The notes below the pieces were generated by a model. The model was not told where the DNA came from, made no database searches, and was given only the letters and a program-made list of their open reading frames with translations. The position numbers and the translations under genes were made by a program. A stretch of DNA of 63,975 bases, the filler included, from Octopus bimaculoides (taxonomy: Eukaryota), in assembly GCF_001194135.2 (NCBI RefSeq). It is 6 parts of 5 records of this genome, joined end to end, with 100 filler letters (N's around TTAATTAATTAA, not from the genome) between each part and the next. Parts side by side here need not be neighbours in the genome. Positions count along the whole stretch, not along the records: positions 62,957 to 63,975 come from NW_026384274.1; 5 more parts are not named here. One strand, given 5' to 3'. This document shows positions 63,700 through 63,975 of the stretch, one piece after another (positions within the stretch are counted from its first letter, which is position 1; each line of letters begins with the position of its first letter).

Positions 63700-63960
63700 T
63701 ATCTATGTATGCGATGTGCAGGAGACTGACTGGGAGAGCAATGGCTGTCATCGCCACAGATGGAGGAAGCAGGTTAAGGAGGGAGTCAACACCTTTGAGA
63801 GAGAGAGCACCTATTCTGCATGAAGAACTTAAGAGTGCTGCTTGAAAGCGCTCTGCTGGTCTAATGAATGGAGAAAGCTTGGTTTGCAATGTTTGCGGTC
63901 ATGTATGCTTGTCAAGAGCAGGGCTCTTTAGCCACCAACGGAGCTGCAAATGCAAAATAT
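63700..63960 (+). pseudogene. RTE-clade LINE C-terminus
   Basis: HRHRWRKQVKEGVNTFERE then LVCNVCGHVCLSRAGLFSHQRSC..*, matching the RTE pattern C..CGR.C.SR.GL.SH.R. Confidence 0.85.
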
Positions 63961-63975
63961 AAGTTAGTCCTAGAG

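Overview
AT-rich, gap-ridden, microsatellite-dense animal genomic DNA. The SINE families and repeat style suggest an octopus/cephalopod scaffold (inference). No prokaryotic features, CRISPR arrays or rRNA. Only one host-gene exon is recognisable: the first coding exon of a TMBIM4/GAAP (Lifeguard-4)-like gene on the minus strand (15394-15514), with a probable non-coding upstream exon; the remaining exons were not found. Nearly everything else is mobile-element debris: three RTE-clade LINE remnants plus a local duplicate, five R4/Dong-like ends, a CR1-group RT fragment, one near-full-length dead mariner and three other Tc1/mariner ends, a Helitron-like 5' end, a nested MITE, a 542-bp foldback element, several tRNA-derived SINE families and two Penelope-type GIY-YIG remnants. 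The most interesting signal is a set of unrelated hammerhead-ribozyme (HHR) motifs read by eye (772-895 +, 20356-20401 -, 53293-53342 -, a truncated copy at 53791-53816, and degenerate candidates at 27513 and 33910). The three complete ones all have a palindromic stem III, as in dimer-cleaving Penelope-type HHRs. One lies next to a Pol III B-box-like motif, and a separate tRNA-like module lies just after a Penelope ORF stop. Family assignments come from remembered motifs and manual alignment, not database searches; many boundaries are approximate.
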